Assembly (NCBI GenBank): GCA_963707345.1
Contig: CAVPPE010000002.1
Span: 1,015,028-1,079,027 of the forward strand
Reading direction: 5' to 3'
Source: an uncultured Chloroflexia bacterium
Lineage (GTDB): Bacteria; Chloroflexota; Anaerolineae; Promineifilales; UBA4811
Length of the DNA: 64,000 bases
The position numbers were made by a program, and so were the translations under genes. Of the stretch, positions 17,483-27,762 are shown one piece after another. The notes under the pieces are model-generated. The model saw nothing but the letters and a program-made list of their open reading frames with translations. It did not search any database and had not been told where the DNA came from. Numbering within the stretch: the first letter of the stretch is position 1; each line of letters starts with the position of its first letter.

Positions 17483-17590
17483 GATTTGATCTACACGAAT
17501 CACAAATTCCCGGCCGCCAACTATCACCTCACCCCGCGCGGCCGGGCAATAGTGGATTACCTGGCGAACCACACGAACTGTTAATCGCCC

Positions 17591-19201
17591 TCACGGCCTC
17601 TCGCGGGCGGCTGGGAGTTGCACCTGCCACAACGATCCCACCGGGGTCAGCCAGTAGTTGGCGGCCGTCTCGTCATCTTCCCAGGTCAGGTAAACCGGCC
17701 GTCGATCCAGGTGGCGTTGAATGATCGTTTGCAGTGCCTCCCCGCCCAGCCCGGCCGAGTGCAAGTCTAGCCCTTCGTGGTTGGCCATCAGTGTCTTCCG
17801 ATACCAGGCTGACCGCAAAAAAGTAGGCAGAATCGGGACCAAGTCCGGCCGATGGTCCAGCGCGTAGCAGGCGTACCAAAGGCCAAAGGTATCCTGGTCG
17901 CCGCGGGCCAGGACCAGCGCATTCGGCTCGGTCATCTCCAATACATGCTGGATGAATTCCTCGGCCGCTCGATCACCACTGATATCCATCGCCCCCCACT
18001 GGGAAACCAGTAGCGCCGCTGGCGCTGCCAGTGTCAAAGCAACGCCCACGGCCGAGCCCCAGCGCCAGCCGCCCAGCCAGCGAAGAAGCAGCCAAACCCC
18101 CACCGTCAGCCAGACCGCCATGATCAGCACAGCCGGCAGCAGGTTGACCCAATAGTCCGACGTGCCATAGCCGGCCGCATATCCGGCCGACAGCGCAACA
18201 AACACACCGCTAGTCACCCCGGCCGGAGGGTCACGAAGCAACAGCCAGAGCAAGCCCACCAGCAAGAGCAAGTAGACCGGCCAGATAAAGGCCAGCGGAA
18301 GGCGGGTTGCCCAGTCGGCCAGTCGCGCCAGCACCTCGGCCGGGGCTACTTCCAACACATTGTGCCGGTAGCGGGAAGCCAGCACCAGCCTGAGAAAGCT
18401 GTCCCAGGTCTGGGCATTTTCCCAGTTGACCGGTGGCATGCGCCGGGCAGCCCAAGGGATATACGCGTAGGGAGCCAGCCCCAGGCAAAAGGCCCCTCCG
18501 GCCGCCAGCAATCTCGTCGCCGCGGCACGGAGCTTGCGAATTTTGGCAGCGGCCGGCGAACTGGCTACGCCTGATCTGGTGCGGCGTTGGTGTGGCGCTC
18601 GCATCAGGCGTTGTCGGCCGCCAATCAGCATCACCAGCGCGGCCGGTCCAAGGAAGGCGGCCGTCAGGTGATTGGTCATCCCCAGCCCGGCAGCCAATCC
18701 AAACCAGGTCAGCCCTCGGCCGGTGCGCCGCCAACGGAACAGCAGCCAGAGCGCCAGCGAGGTCAGCGCCAGTTGGAACGCGTAAACCTCGGTGATCAGC
18801 GCTTGGGACCAAACCAGCGGCATTAAGCCAAAGCAGAGCGCCCCACAGTTGGCCGCCCAGGGTACCCAGCGTCTTTCGTCCCGGCCGCGGGCCAGCCGCC
18901 CCAAGATCTCCTGCCCAATGGCCCCACAAAACGCAACCGCGGCCGCGCCCATCACCACCGACACCAGGTTGCCGGCCGCGGCCGGCGCCAACCCTGGCAA
19001 CGCCATGAACAGCCTCAGCAACAACGTATAGGTAGGATACCCGGCCGGATGCGGCACGCCCAGCACAGCGGCCGCCGCCAGAAAATCGCCGCCATCCGCC
19101 CCGCGATGCGCCCAGGTGAGGCCGGGGGCGCGGGTGAGCCCGTAAACAACCAATGGGACCAGGAAGAGGGACAGGCCAAGCCAGAACCGGCGTTTGCCCA
19201 T
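17591..19201 (-). CDS. DUF2723 / GT-C-type (PMT-like) membrane glycosyltransferase
   Basis: Start chosen at MGKRRFWLGL (ATG 19201). N-terminal LTRAPGLTWAHRGADGGDFLAAAAVLGVPHPAGYPTY is the DUF2723 signature. Many TM helices. Confidence 0.75.
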   Translation of the reverse strand: MGKRRFWLGLSLFLVPLVVYGLTRAPGLTWAHRGADGGDFLAAAAVLGVPHPAGYPTYTLLLRLFMALPGLAPAAAGNLVSVVMGAAAVAFCGAIGQEILGRLARGRDERRWVPWAANCGALCFGLMPLVWSQALITEVYAFQLALTSLALWLLFRWRRTGRGLTWFGLAAGLGMTNHLTAAFLGPAALVMLIGGRQRLMRAPHQRRTRSGVASSPAAAKIRKLRAAATRLLAAGGAFCLGLAPYAYIPWAARRMPPVNWENAQTWDSFLRLVLASRYRHNVLEVAPAEVLARLADWATRLPLAFIWPVYLLLLVGLLWLLLRDPPAGVTSGVFVALSAGYAAGYGTSDYWVNLLPAVLIMAVWLTVGVWLLLRWLGGWRWGSAVGVALTLAAPAALLVSQWGAMDISGDRAAEEFIQHVLEMTEPNALVLARGDQDTFGLWYACYALDHRPDLVPILPTFLRSAWYRKTLMANHEGLDLHSAGLGGEALQTIIQRHLDRRPVYLTWEDDETAANYWLTPVGSLWQVQLPAARERP

Positions 19202-19209
19202 GGCTGTTA

Positions 19210-19992
19210 TCAGCCTTCCGGCAAAAGCAGGTCCTTGCTGCCGAACAGCCCGATGGCGGCCGTGACGATGAGTGACGATATCAGCAGAAGAACGGCCGGG
19301 GCCAGACTTTCCAGCAGCGTGTAGGGTGTGGAGCGGGCTACGCGGACCGCAGCCGAGATCGGCCAGATGAGCACATCCACAGCTGTGTTGGCCCACGCCC
19401 AGCGAGCCGGGTCGGGAATCAGGCTGGGAATCCAGTTGAACCGGTCGGCAAGATGGACCGGGACCCCGCTTTGACGCTGGTTGAGCGAAAAGAGGATAAA
19501 GGCCAGCAATCCGTACACCAGCGTGCGTGACCAACCTCGCCGCACGAGTTCGCTCATGTGCAGGCCCAACGCACCGCCCAGCGCCAGAAAGCCGACCCAC
19601 ACCGGCAGAATGTCCATCAGCATGCCAGGAGAAAGCCGGGTGACCAATTGCGGTAATGAAAGCACCGCAATCACCAGCTCAAGCACCCCGGCCGTCAACA
19701 ACGCAGCCAGCAACACGGCCGAAAGAAACGCGGCGCGCGCAGGCAACCGGTACAGCAGCAGGTACGATTTGGCGTTAAAAGCGCGGTCGGCCATCACCAA
19801 CGTGACCACCAGGCAAAAGATCCCGAAAAAGCCGCCGATCACCAACGCATAGTAGTCGCGGTCCACCCCACCGGTGACACCCACAATACCAACCAGGTAA
19901 AAGACAAAAGCCGCCACGATCACCAGCAAGCCGGTCAGCGAGCGGAACAGGTCCCGCAGCAGGTAACTAACCAGAACACCCACCCGCTTCAT
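19210..19992 (-). CDS. ABC-2-type transporter permease
   Basis: Start at MKRVGVLVSYLL (ATG 19992, overlapping the ATPase stop as TAATG). About 6 TM helices. Confidence 0.65.
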   Translation of the reverse strand: MKRVGVLVSYLLRDLFRSLTGLLVIVAAFVFYLVGIVGVTGGVDRDYYALVIGGFFGIFCLVVTLVMADRAFNAKSYLLLYRLPARAAFLSAVLLAALLTAGVLELVIAVLSLPQLVTRLSPGMLMDILPVWVGFLALGGALGLHMSELVRRGWSRTLVYGLLAFILFSLNQRQSGVPVHLADRFNWIPSLIPDPARWAWANTAVDVLIWPISAAVRVARSTPYTLLESLAPAVLLLISSLIVTAAIGLFGSKDLLLPEG

Positions 19993-20888
19993 TAACCTAC
20001 TGCCTCCAGGTAAATCTCTTCCAACGTGGCGCGCCGCTGGTCTACACCCAGCACGTCCACCTGGGCATCCAGCAACAACCGCAGGGCCTCTGCTTTGACC
20101 TGCACCGCCGCGCCGGTCAGCACCACCTCGCTCCCGTTGACGGCTACCTCCGGATGCAAGCTCTGCAATTGCCACGCAACTGGCTCTGGAATTTGGTCCA
20201 CCCGGATGATAATCTGCGAGCGGGGTGCCAGCGCCTCCGGCAGCCGGCCGCTGTATGCCAACCGGCCGCGAGCAAGGATGGCGATATGGGTCGCAATCTG
20301 GGTGATGTCCTCCAGCCCGTGTGTGCTGAGCAGGATGGTCTTGCCGGATTGGCTCAATCCCTGGAGCAGGTATCGCATGGCCGCCTGGGCGGCCGGGTCC
20401 AACCCACTGAAAGGCTCATCCAGCAAAATGAGGGGCGGATTGCCCAACAGTGCCTGCGCCACGCCCACCCGTTGCAGCATCCCTTTGGAGCAAGCGGCGA
20501 TCCGGCCGCTTGCCGCCGCGCCCAACCCGGCCAGCTCGATCACCGAGTCAACGGCGCGCGTCAGAGCACGGCCGGACATGCCGCTGGCCGCACCGGTTAC
20601 CAGCAGGTATTCGCGCACCCGGAAATGGCGTGGAAAGTGCGGCCGCTCCGGCAGGTAACCCAACTGGTGCGGGCTGCAGGCCAGGTCAATCCGGCCGCGG
20701 TCGGCAAAGATGCTGCCGGTGATGAGGCGCAACAGCGTGGTCTTGCCCGCGCCGTTGGGCCCCAACAGTCCAAAGATTGAGCCGGCCGGCACCTCCAGGG
20801 TCAGTTCCTGCAGCGCCGTGACACCGCCGTAGCGTTTGGTGATGTGGTTTACGTGGATCACAGCGGGTGAGTATATCGGACGGGGCAT
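19992..20888 (-). CDS. ABC transporter ATP-binding protein (ABC-2/DrrA-like)
   Basis: Walker A GPNGAGKTT, signature SKGMLQRV, Walker B LILLDEP. Confidence 0.9.
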   Translation of the reverse strand: MPRPIYSPAVIHVNHITKRYGGVTALQELTLEVPAGSIFGLLGPNGAGKTTLLRLITGSIFADRGRIDLACSPHQLGYLPERPHFPRHFRVREYLLVTGAASGMSGRALTRAVDSVIELAGLGAAASGRIAACSKGMLQRVGVAQALLGNPPLILLDEPFSGLDPAAQAAMRYLLQGLSQSGKTILLSTHGLEDITQIATHIAILARGRLAYSGRLPEALAPRSQIIIRVDQIPEPVAWQLQSLHPEVAVNGSEVVLTGAAVQVKAEALRLLLDAQVDVLGVDQRRATLEEIYLEAVG

Positions 20889-20964
20889 TTGCTGTCAATG
20901 AAAACCCTTGGGCTGTGCGGCGCTGTGTGGTATCATTTAACCCCGTTGTCCGCGAGGTCATCCT

Positions 20965-22722
20965 GTGGCAAAACGCGAATTCACCATCGAAGACGAGTAT
21001 CAATACAGCCGCTCCGGCCCAGTCCGCTGGATAGTGTCCCACCTGCGCCGCTACCCAATCTTTCCCTTGCTGGTGATTGCGGTTGCCGTGCTGAACAACT
21101 ACTTCTACAGCTTGATCCAGATCTTTATCGGCCGGGCGTTTGACCTCATCACCTCCCCCGATTGGCAGGCGGCCGCCCTATTGAGCATCGCCCTCGGCGC
21201 GCTGGGGGCCGCGGCCGGGCAAGGTCTCACCGGCCTGGTGCGCAACTATGCCACCGAGTTTGTGGCTCAGCGCGTGGAGCGGGACTCGCGCGACGAGCTG
21301 TACCTCAGCCTGTTGGGCAAGAGCCAGACCTTTCACGGCCGGCAGCGCATCGGCGACATCATGGCCCGCGCCACCAACGACGTGCGGCAACTCAACTACA
21401 TGTTCAGCCCTGGCATTATGCTCATCGTCGACTCGCTGATGGCGATTGTCGTGCCTATCGCACTGATCGGTCAACTCAATCTCCAGCTTTTGTTGGTCCC
21501 GGGCGTTTTCATCGTGCTGCTGATCATCACTGTGGCGGACTATAACCGGCGGCTCAGCCCGGTCAGCCAGGCCCAGCGCGAGCAGTTTGGCGTGATGAAC
21601 GCCGGCCTGGCGGAGGCCATCGCTGGCATCGAGGTGGTCAAGGCCAACGCCCGGAGCGGTACGAGTGGCACAAATTCACCCAGGATGCCCGCCTGTTCCG
21701 CGACTATTTTGTGCGCCAGGGGGAAATCCAGGCCATGTACTTGCCGATGCTGGTGTTCAGCGTTGCCTGGGCCGGCGCTTTCTTGCACAGCATGATTCTT
21801 TGGCGGGCCGGCACGTTGACCCTGGGAGAGGTGGTGGCCTTTATGGGCTTGATGGGCACGCTGCGCTTTCCCACCTTTATCTCCATCTTTACCTTTAATC
21901 TGGTCCAGTTGGGCGTCGCCAGCGCGCGCCGCATCCTGGAGTTGATCAACACCGAGACCGAGCTGGACGAGAATCAGGAAGGGGTTACCCAGCCGATTCG
22001 CGGCGAAGTTAGCGTTCGAAGACGTCAGCTTTGGCTACAACGGCAACTCGGTGCTAAAAGACATCAGCTTTACCGCCCGGCCGGGCGAGACCATCGCCAT
22101 CGTTGGCCAGACCGGGTCGGGCAAGACCACCCTCACCCGCCTCATCAACCGCATCTTCGACGCCGACAGCGGCCGGGTGCTGGTGGACGGCGTGGACGTG
22201 CGCGATTGGAGCCTGGAATCCCTGCGTTCGCAGATTTCGACCATCGAGCAGGACGTCTTTCTCTTCTCCCGCACCCTGGCCGAGAACATCGCCTTTGGCT
22301 GCAACGACGCGAACCAATCGGGCATCGAACGGGCGGCGCGCGAGGCCCAGGCGCACGAGTTTATCACCGGCTTTACCGAAGGCTACGAGACCGAGGTCGG
22401 CGAGCGCGGCGTGACGCTCTCGGGCGGACAGCGGCAGCGGATCGCCATCGCCCGCGCCTTTCTCACCGACCCGCGCATCCTGATTCTGGACGACAGCACC
22501 AGCGCCATCGACAGCGCGACCGAAGACCAGATCCAGCGGGCGATGCGGCGCATCAGCAGCCAGCGCACTACTTTCCTCATCACCCACCGACTGAGCCAGA
22601 TTCGCTGGGCGGACCGCATCCTGGTGTTGCGCCGTGGCGAACTGGTGGACCAGGGCACACACGAAGAGCTGCTGGCGCGCAGCGAGGACTACCGGCGGAT
22701 CTTTACACGCTACGATAGTTGA
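20965..22722 (+). CDS. ABC exporter, fused permease-ATPase (half of a heterodimer pair); two apparent frameshifts near 21652 and 22011
   Basis: Three ORFs (20965.., 21711.., 22051..) together form one MsbA/MdlB-type protein. TMD followed by Walker [24 protein letters not shown]. The first break fits a lost G in gcccgg(g)agcgg. Confidence 0.8.
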
Positions 22723-22769
22723 CAGGCCGTGAAAGGCACTCACCCGCATTACGATTGAATTAGGCAAGT

Positions 22770-24613
22770 ATGGGCTTTATCCTGGACGGCCTCGACACCG
22801 AGGCATACGACCGCAATTACAGCGACCGCGAACTGCTGGCCCGCATGTTGAGCTACTTCCGGCCGCACACCGGCAAGATGGCCCTGGTAGCGGTGATGAT
22901 TGCGCTCAACTCGGCGGCCGGGACCGGCGGCCCCATCCTCATCTCCAGCGCGATTGACCTGTTGGCAGAAAACCCCAGCACCCAGGCGATTTTGCTGATG
23001 GCCGGCGGGATCCTGTTGCTGGGTGCGGCCGCCTGGCTGTTCAACTTTATCCGTCAGTTTGTTTCCGCCCGCGTGGTGGGCGACGTGGTGCTCAAGCTGC
23101 GCGAGGACGTCTTTGACGCCACCATCGGCCACGACCTCTCGTTTTACGACGAACACCCGTCCGGCAAGATCGTCAGCCGGGTCACCTCCGACACGCAAGA
23201 TTTCGCCCAGGTCGCCACGCTGATTATGAACCTGCTCAGCCAGGTGCTGCTGGTGGTGATCCTCTCCGTGTGGCTGGTCGGGATCAACGTACTGCTGACC
23301 TTTCTGCTGCTGGCAATGACGCCGGTCGCGGTGGCCATCGCCCTCAGCTTTCGCAAGGTCGCCCGCCGCGTCACGCTCAACGCCCGCCGCGTGACCGCCA
23401 AGATCAATGCGCAAATCCAGGAATCGATCAGCGGCATCATGGTCGCCAAGAGCTTTCGGCAGGAACGGGCCATCTACGACGATTTCGACGCCAACAACAA
23501 ACAGGCGTACCGGGTGGGCCTGCGGCGCGGGCTGACGCTCATGCACCATCTTTCCGGTCATGGGGCTCTCGTCCGGGCTGGGGGTGGCGCTGCTGATCTA
23601 CGCTGGCGGCCTGACGACGCGGGATGGACTGGTGAGCCCGGGCAACTGGTATCTGTTTATGCAGGCGGTGGGCTTTTACTGGTGGCCGCTGATGAACATC
23701 GCTTCGTTTTGGAGCCAGTTTCAGGACGGGCTCTCGGCCGCCGAGCGAGTCTTTGCGCTGATCGACGCCGAGCCCAAGGTGCGCCAGACGGCAGCCGAAC
23801 CGGTGGAACTCGCTGCGAGGCCGGATCGAATTTCGCCAGATGGCCTTTGGCTACAACGAGGACGAAGTGGTGCTGCCGGACCTGACGCTGCACATCCGGC
23901 CGAAGGAAACCGTGGCATTGGTGGGGCACACCGGCGCGGGCAAAAGCAGCATCGCCCGGCTGATCACCCGCTTTTACGAGTTCCAGGGTGGCGAATTGCT
24001 GGTCGACGGCCGGGATATGCGGCGGCTGGACCTGACCGAGTATCGCCAGCACATCGGGCTGGTGCCCCAGGAGCCGTTCCTCTTTTCGGGCACGGTGCTG
24101 GACAATATCCGCTACGGCCGGCCGGAGGCCGGCGACGACGAGGTCTGCCGGGCAGCCGAGCAGATCAGCAACGGCGACTGGCTGGCCGACCTGCCGGCCG
24201 GGCTGGACACCGACGTCGGCGAGCGCGGCGCCAGCCTCTCCATGGGGCAGCGGCAACTGGTGGCGCTGGCGCGGGTGCTGCTCAAAGACCCGGCCATCTT
24301 TATCCTCGACGAGGCTACCGCCAGCGTGGACCCCTTCACGGAAACGCAAATCCAGGAGGGTCTGGATACGATGATGCGCGATCGGACGGCCATCGTCATC
24401 GCGCACCGCCTGTCGACCGTCAAGCACGCCGACCGGATCATTGTGATGGACCACGGCCGGATCATCGAAGAGGGAACACACGAGTCGCTGCTGGCGGCCG
24501 GCGGCCACTATGCCGAGCTTTACAACACCTACTTCCGCCACCAGTCGCTGGACTACCGGCCGTGGCAAGAGGACGCCGACACGCGCACGCGGGCGGCCGC
24601 GATCGCCGACTAG
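22770..24613 (+). CDS. ABC exporter, fused permease-ATPase (partner half); two apparent frameshifts near 23541 and 23811
   Basis: ORFs 22770.., 23560.. and 23840.. together form one protein. Walker A GHTGAGKSS, LSMGQRQL, IFILDEAT. Confidence 0.8.
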
Positions 24614-24731
24614 TCCGCGCATCCCCCAACCCCAAGACGGACCGGGTATTCAGCCAGAAGGATGCCCGCGCGACGAGAGGCTGGTATAATCGGCGCATCC
24701 TGCAGCGCCCATCAGGGCAAAGGATGGATCG

Positions 24732-25223
24732 ATGAGCGAAGGATGGATCTTTCAGATTAACGTCTCACCGGGGGGTGTGCCCAAGCTGCCGGTGGCGCGG
24801 GCGGGCATCACCCCGGACGGCGTGGAGGGGGACAAACAGCGAAACACCAAATACCACGGCGGCCGGGACCGCGCCGTCTGCCTGTATTCGCTGGAGCGCA
24901 TCCTGGCCCTGCAATCCAAAGGGCACCCCATCTATCCCGGCGCTACCGGCGAAAACGTCACCATCGCGGGGCTGGACTGGGAATTGCTAGAGCCCGGCAC
25001 TCGCCTCCGGCTGGGGGATGGCGTGCTATTGGAGATCACCAGCTACACCACCCCTTGCAGCCACATCACTGATGCGTTTGCCGATGGCCAATCCGGCCGG
25101 CTGGCCCAGCAGCAAAATCCCGGCTGGTCGCGGCTCTACGCCCGCGTGTTGGAACCGGGGCAGGTTCAAATTGGGAGCCGGTTGACGGTCCTGAGTCCGG
25201 CCGGCGAGGAGGTAATGCCATGA
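24732..25223 (+). CDS. MOSC-domain protein
   Basis: Beta-barrel MOSC pattern (GVEGD...HGG..RAV.LYS, GENVT, conserved C in TTPCSHI). Confidence 0.75.
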   Translation: MSEGWIFQINVSPGGVPKLPVARAGITPDGVEGDKQRNTKYHGGRDRAVCLYSLERILALQSKGHPIYPGATGENVTIAGLDWELLEPGTRLRLGDGVLLEITSYTTPCSHITDAFADGQSGRLAQQQNPGWSRLYARVLEPGQVQIGSRLTVLSPAGEEVMP

Positions 25224-26203
25224 ATCGGATTGCCCACTTTTTGCACCTGGCGCTCACTCACGACGCCGAGCAGATAGAGCAGGTGCGGGGCAGCGTACAG
25301 GAAACAGACCTGGCCGCGCTGGCAGACGCATACTGGTCCTTGCAGCAATGGGGGCAAAAAGCGGCGCTGTTGCAACTGGTTCAGAATCACATCCACCCGG
25401 ACACCCGCCCCATTATGCTGGACATCCTGCAAGCACCCGACGATGAGCTAGCCGGCCGTTTTGAAACCACCAAAGCTATTGCGCTCTGCCATTTGGAGGG
25501 CGATCTTGGCCTGTTTACCGGCTACCAGGACAATCCCGGGTTGCTGGATGAGGCACTCCGGCGACACAAGCCTGTCGAGCCACCGGCCGAGCCAGTGCAA
25601 GACCCAACGGCCGAGATGCTGACGCTGGTGCGGCGGGGAGCCAAGCGCTTGAACCTACTCTTTTACCTGGGCGTTCTGGCGGGTATCCTGATGGGGCCGG
25701 CTGTGCTGGTTGCCTCGCTCATCCCGGCCGCGGCCGGGCGCCTATCGGGAGATGCGGGAAACAGCGTGGTCATGACCGTCTTTGGCGGCCTGATGACCAT
25801 CCTGTGTGCCGTGGTGCTGGTCGAGCAGTGGCGCAAGGCGCGGCGAGACGCCAGGCTGCTGGCGGTACTGGAAAACGACCCCCACCGACTGGCCTGGGTG
25901 TACAAAGAGATCAGGGTGGGACGATTGCAGCGCCGGCCGGGGGCGGCCAGGCAGCCGGTAGCCCGCTTTGCCCACGTCGTGTTTCACCTGCTGGATGGCA
26001 GCCGAAGCCTGATCTGGCTCCCCGAACCGGACGCGGACCGGCTGGTAGAACTGGTGGCGGGCGCGTTTGCCGACCTTTCCATCGGCTACAGCACCGACCT
26101 GGAGCAGGCGTATCAGGACGGCTGCCGTCTGGCCAGGCTAAAGGAGAACCCGGAGCGCACCGATGGCGTCAAGCAAACCACCTCCGGCTTGCGTTACCGG
26201 TAA
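25220..26203 (+). CDS. Hypothetical membrane protein (2 central TM helices)
   Basis: 327-aa ORF overlapping the MOSC stop (ATGA). No recognisable domain. Confidence 0.5.
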   Translation: MNRIAHFLHLALTHDAEQIEQVRGSVQETDLAALADAYWSLQQWGQKAALLQLVQNHIHPDTRPIMLDILQAPDDELAGRFETTKAIALCHLEGDLGLFTGYQDNPGLLDEALRRHKPVEPPAEPVQDPTAEMLTLVRRGAKRLNLLFYLGVLAGILMGPAVLVASLIPAAAGRLSGDAGNSVVMTVFGGLMTILCAVVLVEQWRKARRDARLLAVLENDPHRLAWVYKEIRVGRLQRRPGAARQPVARFAHVVFHLLDGSRSLIWLPEPDADRLVELVAGAFADLSIGYSTDLEQAYQDGCRLARLKENPERTDGVKQTTSGLRYR

Positions 26204-26872
26204 TCAGGGCGCTGCGGCCGGGTTGAGCGGCACAATGGTCGCCTCATCAGTCGCCACAATGTGCGCCTCCACCGAGCCGCTGGTCAACTCGCGCAACGCG
26301 CTCTGAAAGCCGGGCAAGGCCTCAACGGCAAAACGGGCAGTGACGGTCACATCGGCCGCAAACGATTCATCCAGCATCTCCCCACCGTGCTCCACCACCA
26401 GCAGCCGTAACCGCTCAAAGAGCGCATAGGGCACGGAGGCCATCACGGTGTGTGTAGGAACCCTGGCGGCCAGCGGCAGAGCGGCCAACACCTCGCGCAC
26501 GGCATCACTGTACGCGCGTACCAGGCCACCGGTGCCCAGTTTGGTCCCTCCAAAGTAACGGGTCACTACCACAGCAACATCACCCAATCCGCTGCCCTGC
26601 AACACGGCCAGCACCGGCCGCCCGGCCGTGCCGCTTGGCTCGCCGTCATCACTGCAATGGGCAATCACGCTGGGGCCGTGGCCGATCAGATAAGCCGGCA
26701 CGTTATGCGTGGCATCGGGGAATTCCGCCCGGACCCGGCCGATAAACGCGCGGGCTTTTTCCACACTAAAAGCGGCCGCGGCTGTGGCAATAAATCGAGA
26801 ATTGATTACCCAGATTTCGACCCGGGTTTCTTGCGCTGGGACAGGATACCGGGCGACGCTTGTTTCAACCAT
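26204..26872 (-). CDS. YigZ/IMPACT-family protein (UPF0029)
   Basis: SRFIA..., HNVPAY, DDGEPSGTAGRPVL, VVVTRYFGGTKLGTGGLVRAY. Confidence 0.85.
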   Translation of the reverse strand: MVETSVARYPVPAQETRVEIWVINSRFIATAAAAFSVEKARAFIGRVRAEFPDATHNVPAYLIGHGPSVIAHCSDDGEPSGTAGRPVLAVLQGSGLGDVAVVVTRYFGGTKLGTGGLVRAYSDAVREVLAALPLAARVPTHTVMASVPYALFERLRLLVVEHGGEMLDESFAADVTVTARFAVEALPGFQSALRELTSGSVEAHIVATDEATIVPLNPAAAP

Positions 26873-26980
26873 CGCTCGCGAGTGTACCCGGCTTGCACCC
26901 GGCCGTCAATTCCCACGCTGCGGTTCGGATATAGAGCGAAAACCACTGCTTTCCCGCATCGGGGCTGAAAAAGAGTGTGG

Positions 26981-27007
26981 GGTGGGGCTCGTTCCGCGAG
27001 CCCCACC
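26981..27007. repeat. REP-like G-rich/C-rich hairpin
   Basis: ggtggggctcg (26981-26991) pairs with cgagccccacc (26997-27007), in a divergent intergenic region. Confidence 0.45.
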
Positions 27008-27139
27008 CGCCACAAATACACCACGTTGGCCATATTTCACTTGGCCCTGTCCGACCTGCAAATTCCTGCCGCGCGCTTGACGCCGCCGCCCAGCCGGGAT
27101 AGACTGACGACATCATCATTCAACCAACGAGGAGGAACT

Positions 27140-27610
27140 GTGAACCAGGAAGAGACTCTGCAAAAGCTGGCGGCAAGCCGCCAGGCTTTGGAGCAAGCCA
27201 TCCTCCACTTGAGCGCGGCTCAATTGACGGCCGTGAAAGTGGAAGGCGTGTGGACCATCAAGGATATCATCGGGCACCTCAGCGCGTGGGAGCAGGTGAT
27301 GGTTGACGCAATGCCCCTTTACGCTGCCGGGCGATCCGATCAGGTCCCACAGGTTGACAATTTTGAGACCTTTAACGACCAGCAGGCAGCCGCGCGGCAA
27401 ACACTGCCCCTAAGCGCGATCCTGGAAGAATCACGCTCGGTGCGGCAGCAACTGGTGGCGGCCTCCAAAGGACTCACGGCCGAACAATGGGAGCAGCGGG
27501 TTCCGTTCCCATGGGGCGGCAAAGGTGGTGTTGCCTATGGGGTGGCGGGGCTGGCAGAACACGAGATGGAGCACGTCCAGGCAATCCTGTCCTGGCGCGA
27601 CCGGGCGTAG
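27140..27610 (+). CDS. DinB-family (DinB_2-like) protein
   Basis: GTG 27140 preceded by GGAGGA (27131-27136). His-containing helices (IIGHLSAWE, LAEHEMEHV). Confidence 0.65.
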   Translation: MNQEETLQKLAASRQALEQAILHLSAAQLTAVKVEGVWTIKDIIGHLSAWEQVMVDAMPLYAAGRSDQVPQVDNFETFNDQQAAARQTLPLSAILEESRSVRQQLVAASKGLTAEQWEQRVPFPWGGKGGVAYGVAGLAEHEMEHVQAILSWRDRA

Positions 27611-27712
27611 GCCGCGCGCCGGTGTGGCGTTTGGCGGCCGTCCAGCGCGGCCGGCTCCAGCCGGGTACAATACTGATCGACATTTGAACGCTCCCCACCC
27701 CACCCACCTACC

Positions 27713-27743
27713 CGGAGAGCCGGCCCGGAGAACCGGCTCTCCG
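27713..27743. terminator. 11-bp perfect hairpin between convergent genes (no U-tract)
   Basis: cggagagccgg (27713-27723) pairs with ccggctctccg (27733-27743). Preceded by a C-rich tract ctccccaccccacccaccta. Confidence 0.35.
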
Positions 27744-27762
27744 CCGTATTCGCCCCAAACAA

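Noticed and set aside
20965-24613. Programmed ribosomal frameshifting in the two ABC exporter genes, each of which changes frame twice.
   Set aside because: There are no slippery heptamers at the junctions and no known precedent for this family. The junctions are explained by single-base indels. Only the IS630 A8 site looks like a real programmed signal.
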